Of a stretch of 64,000 bases of DNA, positions 9,156 through 18,403 are shown one piece after another. The DNA is taken from IMG/VR virus record IMGVR_UViG_3300033757_000347. One strand, written 5' to 3'. Position 1 is the first letter of the stretch. Each line of letters begins with the position of its first letter. The translations under genes and the position numbers were made by a program. The stretch comes from a virus. Its lineage: Duplodnaviria > Caudoviricetes. Under the pieces are notes generated by a model. It ran no database searches. It was not told the DNA's origin and saw only the letters and a list, made by a program, of their open reading frames with translations.

Positions 9156-9227
9156 TGTTTTTGTCGCTTACATCCCATAGGCTAAAGACCTATGGGTTTT
9201 ACGCTCCTTTCTATAAAAAAAGAATCT

Positions 9228-9746
9228 TTAGAAATTGAAGGTCTGTAACACATCCTGATAAAAACTTTCTAATTTTTTCTTGACTTCGTTAATCGGAACT
9301 ATTTTAGTACAATAAGAAGGATAGTCTGTCTCTTCGTCTTCCGTCCAACTAAAGACTGCGAACACAGTACTGCTTTTGTCATCATAATGCTCTAACATGT
9401 CCTTAAACTTTATGTTCTCACAACCATGTGTACGTAAAAATCTAGAAACCAATTTAATTTCTGTATCATCCGTTAAGTTTTTTGGTGTCCAAATAAAAAG
9501 TTTTTCAGAGGAAAGACGTGTATCTTGCCTTTCAAAGAGGAGGTGTATTAAAAGATTCAGTTGACTCCGAGACAAACTTTTGATTCTTGTAATTTGTACA
9601 TTTTTAAGTATGTATTCGTGTTTCAAACATTCCTCGGCTGTATCAAATTCAAATCCGTCCTCTGAAATGTATTTTGTAAATGTTTCTGAACCTACCTTTA
9701 CTGATTGTAAAGCGTATTTGTCTACTGTTTGTACAACTTCTTTCAT
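9228..9746 (-). CDS. hypothetical cargo protein (AT-rich)
   Basis: 172 aa ORF between two IS left ends. It has a YISEDGFEFDTAEECLKHE motif of a kind seen in small phage proteins. Confidence 0.7.
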   Translation of the reverse strand: MKEVVQTVDKYALQSVKVGSETFTKYISEDGFEFDTAEECLKHEYILKNVQITRIKSLSRSQLNLLIHLLFERQDTRLSSEKLFIWTPKNLTDDTEIKLVSRFLRTHGCENIKFKDMLEHYDDKSSTVFAVFSWTEDEETDYPSYCTKIVPINEVKKKLESFYQDVLQTFNF

Positions 9747-9894
9747 ATTTTTTGTTTTTTTATTCTAGCTTATTATACCTCAAATTTTATACTAAAGTAT
9801 TGTTTTTTTGTAAAATTTTTATATTCAAGGTTAATTACTATCTTTGTCGCTTACATCCCACAAACTAAAGATTTGTGGGTTTTACGCTCCGTAG

Positions 9895-9902
9895 TATAAA
9901 TA
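9895..9902 (+). promoter_or_regulatory. T4-like late promoter TATAAATA
   Basis: Exact T4 late consensus upstream of the baseplate cluster. 21 nt (9896-9916) are identical to 1105-1125. Confidence 0.7.
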
Positions 9903-9921
9903 ACAAAAATAGTCAACAGAG

Positions 9922-12039
9922 ATGGGCGGCGGTCCAGGTTTCAACAAACAATCAGCAAACACCGTAGCGAACGGCACTAACACGTGGTCGAGTAGTCAAA
10001 ATTCGTCGACTGTCGAGCTTCTAAAGGTTGAGCAGGCCTTTAGCGGAGTAAACTACTTGGAAGCACTATCCAAAAGAACTAAAGCTGAGCTGGGTCAGTA
10101 CTTGTCAGACGAAGCTCAAAACCAATCTGGCGGGTCTATCATATCGGCTGACACAGACTCAATATTCAATAAATTCTCCATCTTTAAGTACTCCAAGTTC
10201 ATAAACGGAGCAGCTTACCAGCCGGATGCTCATTTTATCGGTTACGCGGCAAAACAGAGCGGAGATCCTTACACCGACACCGTGAATCAAAATGCGGCCG
10301 ATGGATTGCAAGTATTGGTTGACAAGGATAAAACTAGTAAAGCAGCAGCAACTAATGCTAACCTGCAAGCTGCGTATCAGAAGGCTATCGACGATAATCT
10401 AAAGAGAATGCAGGCTCTAAAAAATTCTGCAAACAATTACGCGGTTAAGAATTACTCAGCTATCGCTAACCCGACTGCTAAAAATTTGATACAGTGGGCA
10501 AGCACTCAATCGATGGAAAGCGTTACCGGCTTTCAGCCGTACGCGATGACAGACTTCATGTTCTGCAAGAACTACGGAAAGATTCCTAACAACAGGTTAG
10601 TAACTCTTCGTAGGTACCCATTTCCTATCGATGATCTTATCAGAGCTCCAGGAAACCTAAACCCAATCCCAATTGCGCAAGCGGTAACTTGGTTCGGAGA
10701 AGGAACTGACAACGTTCTGTCGAACATAGGTTTCATGAACTGGGGATTGCGCTGGGAGACGGTAGGGCCTATTGATGATCCGCAGATACTAGAAGGAAAC
10801 GAAGTAACAGTTACCGATTTGATGAAAGTTTTCAAGGACATTCCGAAACTTCAGAAACTTGGCGAAAGGCTAGAAGCAGTTTACGTCGGTCTAAACGGAC
10901 AGGACGCGCAACTCACTCAGCTAAGCCGAGTCGAAGAAAAGCTACAAAAATACTCAAGGGAACTCTACACTCAGGGTCCTTACTGGAACAGGATATACGG
11001 TCCAGTGAACGTTGTGAACGCTTCTACCAGAAGAGCTAGGGGAATGCAGGATGGCTGGGACACGCCGTTCACGTTAAACTTTCATTATTCTTTCAGGTCT
11101 TTCAGCGGGTTGAGCCCAAAGATCGTTGCTCTGGACCTAATAGCAAGCTTTTTGAACTTAACTTACAACGATGCGACTTTCTTGGGCCAGTTAGCTAGGT
11201 ACTTTCCTAGGCTTGGCGTAAAATTCGACGAAACTACTACTCAGATGTTAGGAGAACTCTTAACTTCGTGGGGAACGGTGTTCAACGGTGACATCAACAC
11301 GATGATGAGTAAGATGGAAGCGGTCTTACAGTCAATACAAGCATCGGTTGGAGAAACGGTTAACAACATGGAGCAAGCAATAAAAAACGGAAAAGCTGGA
11401 GAAAAAGCGGAAGCCGCTCTAGTCAACACTTTTCAAGCAGGTACAGCTCTTGCTCTTGCGGATGCTATTCCAAACCTGATCTCCATCAAATCTGCCCTGT
11501 CAGACCGGCCTATCGGAGAATGGCACTTAGTAGTAGGAAACCCAATGAATCCGATCATGGTGATGGGAGACTTAGTCGTGTCGAACTGCATCCTAAAGTT
11601 CGACGAGGAAATGGGGCCTGACGATTTTCCGACCGGCTGCACGTTTACAATAAAACTCCAACAAGGAAAACCTAGGGATAAAGTGGCAATCGAGAGAATG
11701 TTTAACTTGGGAGAAGCTAAGCTGCTCTTCACCAAACTAAGAAATCCGTCGTCAGCTGACGATACGTTCGGAGAAACAAATAACACGAGGTTCAAACAGT
11801 TCTTTTCTACCAGCACAGGAGAAAAGGGAGCAAACGAACTAACGGATGACGACAAGCAAGCTATCCAGCAGCAGTTAGGAACGGGTTCCTTCGATCGTTA
11901 CAGAAACAGAATAAGAAAATCGTACGGGTACGCTCCGCAGATGAACGGCAAAAATCCAGTCTCAGGAGATTCGACGGTCGACCGGATGGACGATTCGTTG
12001 CTGTGGTTGTACTTCGATAAAGATTTGACTAAAACTTAA
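9922..12039 (+). CDS. putative baseplate/tail structural protein
   Basis: 705 aa, first gene of the baseplate cluster. The C-terminus (GNPMNP..MGDLVVSNC...DDFP...FTIKL) suggests a tube-initiator-like fold. Confidence 0.5.
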   Translation: MGGGPGFNKQSANTVANGTNTWSSSQNSSTVELLKVEQAFSGVNYLEALSKRTKAELGQYLSDEAQNQSGGSIISADTDSIFNKFSIFKYSKFINGAAYQPDAHFIGYAAKQSGDPYTDTVNQNAADGLQVLVDKDKTSKAAATNANLQAAYQKAIDDNLKRMQALKNSANNYAVKNYSAIANPTAKNLIQWASTQSMESVTGFQPYAMTDFMFCKNYGKIPNNRLVTLRRYPFPIDDLIRAPGNLNPIPIAQAVTWFGEGTDNVLSNIGFMNWGLRWETVGPIDDPQILEGNEVTVTDLMKVFKDIPKLQKLGERLEAVYVGLNGQDAQLTQLSRVEEKLQKYSRELYTQGPYWNRIYGPVNVVNASTRRARGMQDGWDTPFTLNFHYSFRSFSGLSPKIVALDLIASFLNLTYNDATFLGQLARYFPRLGVKFDETTTQMLGELLTSWGTVFNGDINTMMSKMEAVLQSIQASVGETVNNMEQAIKNGKAGEKAEAALVNTFQAGTALALADAIPNLISIKSALSDRPIGEWHLVVGNPMNPIMVMGDLVVSNCILKFDEEMGPDDFPTGCTFTIKLQQGKPRDKVAIERMFNLGEAKLLFTKLRNPSSADDTFGETNNTRFKQFFSTSTGEKGANELTDDDKQAIQQQLGTGSFDRYRNRIRKSYGYAPQMNGKNPVSGDSTVDRMDDSLLWLYFDKDLTKT

Positions 12040-12049
12040 CAGATGACGC

Positions 12050-12793
12050 ATGCTTAACTTAAGAACATTAATGAGTAAAACAAGCTTCACCAAGCTCAAC
12101 GGCGATACGATCGTCAATCTCGCGATGAGCACTGTGTCTTTTTTGGGTATCAGAGCTAACTCTGGGAAAGCTTACGTCGTTACGGAAGAAACTGCAATGA
12201 GGCCTGACCTGATCGCTAGCTATTTTTACCAGGACCCTGGCTACTTGGACCTCCTTTTGAAGTACAACGGGTACCCTAACCCGTTTGCTCTGGACGTTGG
12301 AGACATTATCCGAATACCGTCTATGGCTACTCTTTCTAAATTTGGAAGCACCGGAAAAGTAAACGATCCTAAACTCATGGCAGTTAGAAAGAAGTACACC
12401 AACTTGGTCATGGCTCCTAGGTCAAGGAAAGACCAGGTTAGGATGAACTACTTGCTCCAGAAAGGAACCGCTATCAATTCGAACTTAGCCAAGTTGAACG
12501 CGCTCCTTCAGAGCGGGAATCTGTCGAGCTTGAGCTTGTCAGCTTTAAGTTCGCAAATATCCAACATCATGCAGGGCGGGAACTTCTCAGGAACCGGCCC
12601 GCTTACCTCAGCTTACCAAGCAGGCGCTAGCGCTCCGGTACCGCCGAACATTGCTCTCGACAGCGGAGTAAAGATACAGAACGGAAAGATCCTGTTCGGG
12701 TCAGACGTTACTTCCGTAAAGAAGGAAGATTGCACCGAGCCTATTTCCAGAACAAAGCTGAAAGAAACTCTTCTAAAAAATAGGCTGGCATAA
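12050..12793 (+). CDS. baseplate wedge protein, gp53/LysM-like
   Basis: RPDLIASYFY...LLLKYNGYPNPFALDVGDIIRIP. Confidence 0.75.
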   Translation: MLNLRTLMSKTSFTKLNGDTIVNLAMSTVSFLGIRANSGKAYVVTEETAMRPDLIASYFYQDPGYLDLLLKYNGYPNPFALDVGDIIRIPSMATLSKFGSTGKVNDPKLMAVRKKYTNLVMAPRSRKDQVRMNYLLQKGTAINSNLAKLNALLQSGNLSSLSLSALSSQISNIMQGGNFSGTGPLTSAYQAGASAPVPPNIALDSGVKIQNGKILFGSDVTSVKKEDCTEPISRTKLKETLLKNRLA

Positions 12794-14400
12794 TGGCACA
12801 GGAGAACAGAGTAACGGTAAGATTTACGCCGACTATCACACCGACCAGAATCGAATTAGCTGATTTCGAAAGCAGCTTGAGCGAGGAGGATCGCAGGAAA
12901 CTGTTCGATGGAACGTACAGCAAGTTCAAGCAGAGAAGAGGTTTTTCTACTCCCCTAGTAATGATAGGAAAGGTTAAGATCCCGCCGGAAAAGATAAAAG
13001 CTTTGCACGTTCGTCAGGAAGATTTTACTCCGACGATATCTGTCACTTTCGTGGACGATGGTCACATTTTCAGCGCTAGGGGTTTTCCTCTGTCCAACAT
13101 CATAGTGAGCGTGTTCGTCAAGTCAACAGTTAAGAAGTTAAAATCGCTGTCTGCTGACTTTCTGATAAACGCGGTTTCATCCATGCCTATTCCTGGAACA
13201 GAAGCAGTTGTGTACACTTTCTCAGGAGAAATGCTAATTCCGACTCTGTACGGAAATTACTCAAAGTCCTACAGAAACATGACTTCGTTGGAAACTCTAG
13301 CTAAGGTAGCAGAAGAGCTCCAGTTAGGATTTGCTGACAACCAGGCGGAAGGAACTTCCGATGCTATGACTTGGATCATGCCGAACTACACGTACAAGGA
13401 GTTCATAACTCAAGTTTCGAAGTACGCTTACAAGGATGACGGGAACTTCTTCGACTGTTTCATCGATAGGTACTACGTGCTCAACTTCATAAACGTCGAA
13501 AAGCAGTTCGCTAGGGACGATGAAGTGGACACCGGGTACATAGCTATAGGACAGACGGAAATGAACAAGGATAGGTTCGATCCGGAAGAAGAGGAGAAAG
13601 AGGATGAGGTTGAAGTGCCGATAATCCTAACCAACTACCCTGAGGCCAGAGCATCCGAGTTCTACATCACCGATTACTCGCTTATGAGCAACCACGGTGA
13701 CATACTCAGAAACAATGCTATTCGCCGGTACATTTACTGGTACGATCACGGATCGGGAAAGGGCGAAGATTCTGAACCTAGGAAGATAGAGGAAATCATT
13801 GATGCTGGAAAGCCTAGCACTTACCCGTTCGAACAGTACGAACAGTTCAGGCTGCACTTCTTGGAACCGCTAACTTCAACGGTCACGAACGACGGAAAGA
13901 AACCTCACACGGTCGAGATACCTGAGTACTTAAGTAACTCAGATAACGATGATGATGGACCAGCAGTAGCAACCGGAGTGTGGTCCGGAATAGATTACGG
14001 TAACGCTCACCCATCTTACAAGTTTGCAGAACTCTTGAACTATCACAATTGGCTGGAAACTGAGAAAAATTTGCTCTTAGTAACGCTGAACGGGTTCAGC
14101 GCAAACGTTATCAGAGGAAGCCGAGTAAAGGTTGAAATTTACATGGACAAAGCATCTGCTATGCTTGGAAGAACGATGGCCAGCGACCAAGAAACGGAAG
14201 TTGACTTGGACGACATCGACACTGGAATACCAAGGATCGACGATCTTCCTCAGGGAGCTATTAGAGATAAAGCTCTGAGCGATTTTTACTACGTAAAATC
14301 GATCTCTTACTCGTACATTGACGGCGAATTTTCGACCAAACTAACCCTAGCTAGAAGGCACTGGTTGTTGCCGTTAGCTAAAAAAGACGTAAAAGTGTAA
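12793..14400 (+). CDS. putative baseplate hub protein (gp27-like)
   Basis: 535 aa between gp53-like and gp5-like genes. The C-terminus FYYVKSISYSY...FSTKLTLARR is typical of hub proteins. Confidence 0.55.
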   Translation: MAQENRVTVRFTPTITPTRIELADFESSLSEEDRRKLFDGTYSKFKQRRGFSTPLVMIGKVKIPPEKIKALHVRQEDFTPTISVTFVDDGHIFSARGFPLSNIIVSVFVKSTVKKLKSLSADFLINAVSSMPIPGTEAVVYTFSGEMLIPTLYGNYSKSYRNMTSLETLAKVAEELQLGFADNQAEGTSDAMTWIMPNYTYKEFITQVSKYAYKDDGNFFDCFIDRYYVLNFINVEKQFARDDEVDTGYIAIGQTEMNKDRFDPEEEEKEDEVEVPIILTNYPEARASEFYITDYSLMSNHGDILRNNAIRRYIYWYDHGSGKGEDSEPRKIEEIIDAGKPSTYPFEQYEQFRLHFLEPLTSTVTNDGKKPHTVEIPEYLSNSDNDDDGPAVATGVWSGIDYGNAHPSYKFAELLNYHNWLETEKNLLLVTLNGFSANVIRGSRVKVEIYMDKASAMLGRTMASDQETEVDLDDIDTGIPRIDDLPQGAIRDKALSDFYYVKSISYSYIDGEFSTKLTLARRHWLLPLAKKDVKV

Positions 14401-16445
14401 TGGCACGATCGTTAGAAGAAATAAGAAGAAAGAACCTTTTCGTAAAATCGTCAACCGACGATTTTCAGGACCCAGTGTTTCTAACGTTCAGGATAGACTT
14501 CTTTCCGGCTGAGGAAACTTACCCGTTCGGAGACGGTCTCACAAACTCGTGCCTTTTGAAACCGGTAGCAAGCGACATCGACAAAACCGGAGTTACTGCA
14601 GTTGGAGACAACAAGATAGTCGAGTACCCAACCATCCAGTGGCTGAACGATTACTACCCTATTGGCACTGCTCCGAAAAACTTACAGAACTTGACTCCAG
14701 CTGCTGCGTTAGCTCGCTTCAGAAATCTGTTGGAGGAAGTTCAGGATTCTCCTTGGTACTTCCAATCGATCCAGGGAATAGGAGACCTTTGGAAAGCGCT
14801 TCACCGAGTAAAAGAAGGAAACCAAAAAACGTCCTTGACCATAAACTGCATCGACTCGGTAAAACAGCCGTTGACAGAACTTGCAGAAATGTACAGGTAC
14901 GCGATCTACGATAACGAAAGATTGTCGTACAGAGTACCTGACAACATGAGGTGGTTCGACATGGTCATAGACCTCATAGAAATTAGGGACATTGCAGACT
15001 ACTCTGGCCAGTTCTTCCAAGCTGATTCAGAAGGAAACTTAAACTCTGGTTTGAGAATGGTGCAGTTTCGCTGCAAGATGTGTGAGTTCGATTTTAGCAA
15101 CTTCCTAGGAGGTTCGCAATCTGACCACAAGATCTACACCGAAGAAAAACCGTTTTCGCCTTCGTTCGGAATAAACGTCGGCTGGGTAATTCAGGAACCG
15201 ATATCGCTTAGAGATGCTTACGATTACCGGCAGCTTGGAATGTTCGCTGGTGCCTTGGGAACCTTAAACAACAGAATAAGCAGGTTCATACAGAACGCAA
15301 CTCGTTTGCCATCTGCAATAGTTGGGTCGGTTCTCAACGAGATACAGACAATGGCAGAAGTTACGGTGATGGGAAACGTTTACTCTGGAGCAAACGCTTT
15401 CTTAAACGACATGAACAACATAAGCGGTGAGCTGACTGGAAGAACTCCACCGGTAGGACCTCCTCTCGTCTCAAACCTCGGCGAGGACGTTTACCCAACC
15501 GTTCCAACTCAGCCTGTTCAGTCGATGGGTAGAGCATACGTAAACGAACCTCCAGTACCGCCGGTAGCTAACATGGGAGACCTTTACCAGGACGTCCCAA
15601 CCCCAGAAGTTTCTAACATAGGCGACATTTACGAACCGGTTCAACCAACCGAAGTTAACGACATCGGAGACGTCTACCCAACCGAACCGCCAGCACCGCC
15701 GATCGCTGAGATGGGAGACACGTACGAGGACATTCCTCCTACTCAAGTTAGCGAGATCGGAGACATTTACCCGGACGAACCGCCTGCACCTACGATCGGA
15801 GACATGGGAGACGTTTACCAGGACGTTCCACCTACGCAGGTCAGCGAGATTGGTGACGTTTACCCTGATCAGCCTCCTGCTCCGGCAGTTTCCGACATGG
15901 GAGACGTCTACCAGGACGTTCCTGGAACTCAAGTCGAAGAGATTGGGGACGTTTACCCTGACGAGCCGGCAGCACCGTCGGTTTCCGACATGGGAGATAC
16001 TTACTCGGACGAACCAGCACCGCCAAGCGTAGCTGAGATGGGAGACGCTTACCCAGTTGACGAAGCGACCGTTGGTGTTGGAGAGATAGGATCTACTTAC
16101 CCAGAGGCTGAAAAGAACCCAGAAATCGGAGAGATAGGAGACTCTTACCCGATCGACGAGGAAACCAAACCAGCAGAAGAACTTGGAGACGTTTACCAGG
16201 ACGTTAGAACGGAAGCGGTAGATTCGATAGGCGACGTTTACCAGCAGAGCGAAACGACCGAACCTGCCGAAGACTTGGGAACAGTTTACCCAGCAGCTGA
16301 TCAAGTTCAGCCGGTTGGAGAATTAGGAGACGTTTACCAGGACGTTCCAGCAAGCAGCGTTGATTTCATGGGAGATGCTTACCAGAACGACGAGGAAACT
16401 CAAAAAATAGACGATCTCGGCGAAATTTACAAAACGCAGAGTTAA
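14400..16445 (+). CDS. putative tail/baseplate protein with acidic Pro-rich C-terminal repeats
   Basis: The N-terminal domain (PWYFQSIQGI, LTINCIDS) may be tube-fold-like. The C-terminus consists of GDVY repeats. Confidence 0.6.
   Translation: MARSLEEIRRKNLFVKSSTDDFQDPVFLTFRIDFFPAEETYPFGDGLTNSCLLKPVASDIDKTGVTAVGDNKIVEYPTIQWLNDYYPIGTAPKNLQNLTPAAALARFRNLLEEVQDSPWYFQSIQGIGDLWKALHRVKEGNQKTSLTINCIDSVKQPLTELAEMYRYAIYDNERLSYRVPDNMRWFDMVIDLIEIRDIADYSGQFFQADSEGNLNSGLRMVQFRCKMCEFDFSNFLGGSQSDHKIYTEEKPFSPSFGINVGWVIQEPISLRDAYDYRQLGMFAGALGTLNNRISRFIQNATRLPSAIVGSVLNEIQTMAEVTVMGNVYSGANAFLNDMNNISGELTGRTPPVGPPLVSNLGEDVYPTVPTQPVQSMGRAYVNEPPVPPVANMGDLYQDVPTPEVSNIGDIYEPVQPTEVNDIGDVYPTEPPAPPIAEMGDTYEDIPPTQVSEIGDIYPDEPPAPTIGDMGDVYQDVPPTQVSEIGDVYPDQPPAPAVSDMGDVYQDVPGTQVEEIGDVYPDEPAAPSVSDMGDTYSDEPAPPSVAEMGDAYPVDEATVGVGEIGSTYPEAEKNPEIGEIGDSYPIDEETKPAEELGDVYQDVRTEAVDSIGDVYQQSETTEPAEDLGTVYPAADQVQPVGELGDVYQDVPASSVDFMGDAYQNDEETQKIDDLGEIYKTQS
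15478..16430 (+). repeat. ~21 coding tandem repeats of 15-16 aa, (M/I/L)GD(V/I/T)Y
   Basis: Examples: MGDVYQDVPPTQVSE and IGDVYPDQPPAPAVSD, alternating 15 and 16 aa. Confidence 0.9.
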
Positions 16446-16464
16446 AATTTAGTAGAAGAACAGC

Positions 16465-17271
16465 ATGAGACACAGCGAAGAAGGCATAGCTGGAATACCT
16501 GGCGAGGAAACTTTCGTATCGACTTACATGGGTGTGGTGGAGGACATTGACGACCCAAACTACGAGGGTAGGTGCAGGATAAGAGTGTTCTCTGTGTTCG
16601 ATGACCTGCCTACCGAGGACATACCTTGGGCAGTTCCTGCAGCTAAGCCGATGTTCTTCGGGCAGGACGCAAAAGCTGGATCTATTTCGATCCCTAAGGT
16701 TGGAGCTATCGTAAAAGTTAGGTTCGCAACTGGAGACATATACACCCCAGAATACATTCAGATCCAAGAGCTCGGAGACGACATCAAGGAACAGCTTAGA
16801 AAGGGCGGTTCCAAGTACGAGGGAGCTCACTTCGTCCTGTTCGACGGAGATGAGGAAATAAAGGTCTGGTTCGACAAGCAGATCGGCTTGCAGATCGAGC
16901 TGAAAAAATCCTTCGTGAGGATAGACAACGAAACTTCAAACGTCCTAATAGAGCACAAGGACAACCTGTCTTCCATATCCATGGAAGGTAACGTGATAAG
17001 AATAGTGTCGGATTCTGAAGTTAACGTGACTACTGGCTCAAAAGCGACGGTGTCAGCAAAAACCGTTCACTTGGACGGCGTCAACACAGTGGTAGGACAC
17101 AGCACCATACAGCACAGCGCAGTTCTTGGAGAACCGCTAATGGCTCTTCTCAAGACGATAGCAGCCGCGGTTGATGCAAAGATGCCGTCGACCGCTGGAG
17201 CTGTCTCAGCTGCAGTAGAAGCAGCAAAGCCAATGGTCCTTTCGAGATCAGTGACTATAGGCGCTTACTAA
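16465..17271 (+). CDS. baseplate central spike, gp5/VgrG OB-fold
   Basis: YMGVVEDIDDPNYEGRCRIRVF...DIPWA...IPKVGAIVKVRF followed by beta-helix-like repeats. Confidence 0.85.
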   Translation: MRHSEEGIAGIPGEETFVSTYMGVVEDIDDPNYEGRCRIRVFSVFDDLPTEDIPWAVPAAKPMFFGQDAKAGSISIPKVGAIVKVRFATGDIYTPEYIQIQELGDDIKEQLRKGGSKYEGAHFVLFDGDEEIKVWFDKQIGLQIELKKSFVRIDNETSNVLIEHKDNLSSISMEGNVIRIVSDSEVNVTTGSKATVSAKTVHLDGVNTVVGHSTIQHSAVLGEPLMALLKTIAAAVDAKMPSTAGAVSAAVEAAKPMVLSRSVTIGAY

Positions 17272-18098
17272 TAAATTATACCGAATTCGTTCTCGCACTG
17301 GAAGAGTTTCTGCTCTTCCCTAGGGTCGTTGGTATCGCCCAAGTGCGCTTTTGTGAACTTTAAGGAACCAGTTTCCACAGACTTTAGGACGTCCTTTTCC
17401 AGTTCCGGAAGAAGGTTTCTGTTTGGAAAGAACCTGCTCGAAGCAACGTACTTGCTTAGAAGATCCTTTCTTACCATCTCCATGTGGTGCATCGTGATGA
17501 ATTCCCTCTCGAAAACGAGAGTCTTCCTGTAAGATTCGTCAAGGATCCCACGAGTCGGATCTATTCCAGAAAAGTTAGTCTGGAGAACGTGGTGCCTTGA
17601 ATTTGGAAGGATTCGATAGATGAATGGAACCTTCCACCTTGAGTAACCGCGGTGAAGCGTCGGAGTGACGTAATTCACGTAGTGGACGGCGGTCGCGTCC
17701 AAGTTTTCTGCTTCTATTCGTTCCTTAGCTCTGGCGAATTCCTCAGATCGGTAAAACTCGTCAGCATCCATCGAAAGGTAGTGAGTGCAACCTTCCGATT
17801 TGGCAACTTCCAAGCATCCCTGTCGCTTGTTCAGCTCAAACTTCTTGGCATTCATAGCTTCCGCCGCGGTCTTTAGAGAAGTCGGCCTAAACATCGTGAA
17901 TTCGATGAGTTTGTCTATGAGCCCGGAATTCTGCAACGACTCGAGTGTTGGAATGAGCTCTGGTGAAGCTTTTGTTCCACCCCAAGAGATTTTCTGGTAC
18001 GAGACTATCACTAGGTCAACGTTAGCGCGAATCGCTTGTATCGACTGAGCCAAAGTCTCTAAACCGTCGAAAACTATGTAGCCTGCTGCTAGTTTCAT
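17268..18098 (-). CDS. GT2-like glycosyltransferase
   Basis: THYLSMDADEFY (DxD) with a GT-A-like N-terminus. Confidence 0.7.
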   Translation of the reverse strand: MKLAAGYIVFDGLETLAQSIQAIRANVDLVIVSYQKISWGGTKASPELIPTLESLQNSGLIDKLIEFTMFRPTSLKTAAEAMNAKKFELNKRQGCLEVAKSEGCTHYLSMDADEFYRSEEFARAKERIEAENLDATAVHYVNYVTPTLHRGYSRWKVPFIYRILPNSRHHVLQTNFSGIDPTRGILDESYRKTLVFEREFITMHHMEMVRKDLLSKYVASSRFFPNRNLLPELEKDVLKSVETGSLKFTKAHLGDTNDPREEQKLFQCENEFGIIY

Positions 18099-18403
18099 TT
18101 CTTTAGCTTCTCTACCAATTCAGCAATCTTTTGTATCGAATTGAAATTTGTTGGAACGATCTCAGATTCCGGGACGGTGATGTTGAATTCCTTTTCCAGA
18201 AAAACGACGATCGATACCATGGAAAACGAGTCGACGTACCCTCCGCTTATCAACGGAGTGTCAATCGATATCGCTTCACGGTCCCGGCAAGAGCACGATT
18301 CCCAAGGGAACATGCACGAGGATTCGTGAGTTTTTCTGTTTCCGACTTCTACGAACTCGTCGGTCACGTACTGGAGTATCTTGCTAACTATTTCGCTGTT
18401 CAT
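18095..18403 (-). CDS. acyl carrier protein
   Basis: GYVDSFSMVSIVVFLEKEFNITVP...NFNSIQKIAELV, with the conserved phosphopantetheine-accepting Ser. Confidence 0.8.
   Translation of the reverse strand: MNSEIVSKILQYVTDEFVEVGNRKTHESSCMFPWESCSCRDREAISIDTPLISGGYVDSFSMVSIVVFLEKEFNITVPESEIVPTNFNSIQKIAELVEKLKK

Larger units (their letters stand above)
8979..9212 (-). mobile_element. IS200/IS605 MITE (inner element) with promoter and omegaRNA
   Basis: Left end TTTAT|AGAAAGGAGCGTAAAACCCATAGGTCTTTAGCCTATGGGATGTAAGCGAC. Right end GAAGCCCATTGGTATTTAGCCAATAGGTAGTTCAC. 234 bp, no ORF. Confidence 0.75.
8718..9895 (-). mobile_element. non-autonomous IS200/IS605-type element carrying AT-rich cargo (outer element)
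   Basis: Left end TTTAT|ACTACGGAGCGTAAAACCCACAAATCTTTAGTTTGTGGGATGTAAGCGAC at 9846-9895. Right end GAAGCCTAACCCATCGCCTATGGCGTGGGTGGGTAGTTCAC ends at 8718. No tnpA or tnpB inside. Confidence 0.65.

Noticed and set aside
15471-16304. 277 aa minus-strand ORF, or a CRISPR-like periodic DNA repeat
   Set aside because: This is the antisense shadow of the GDVY protein repeats. The periodicity is a multiple of 3 and varies at wobble positions.
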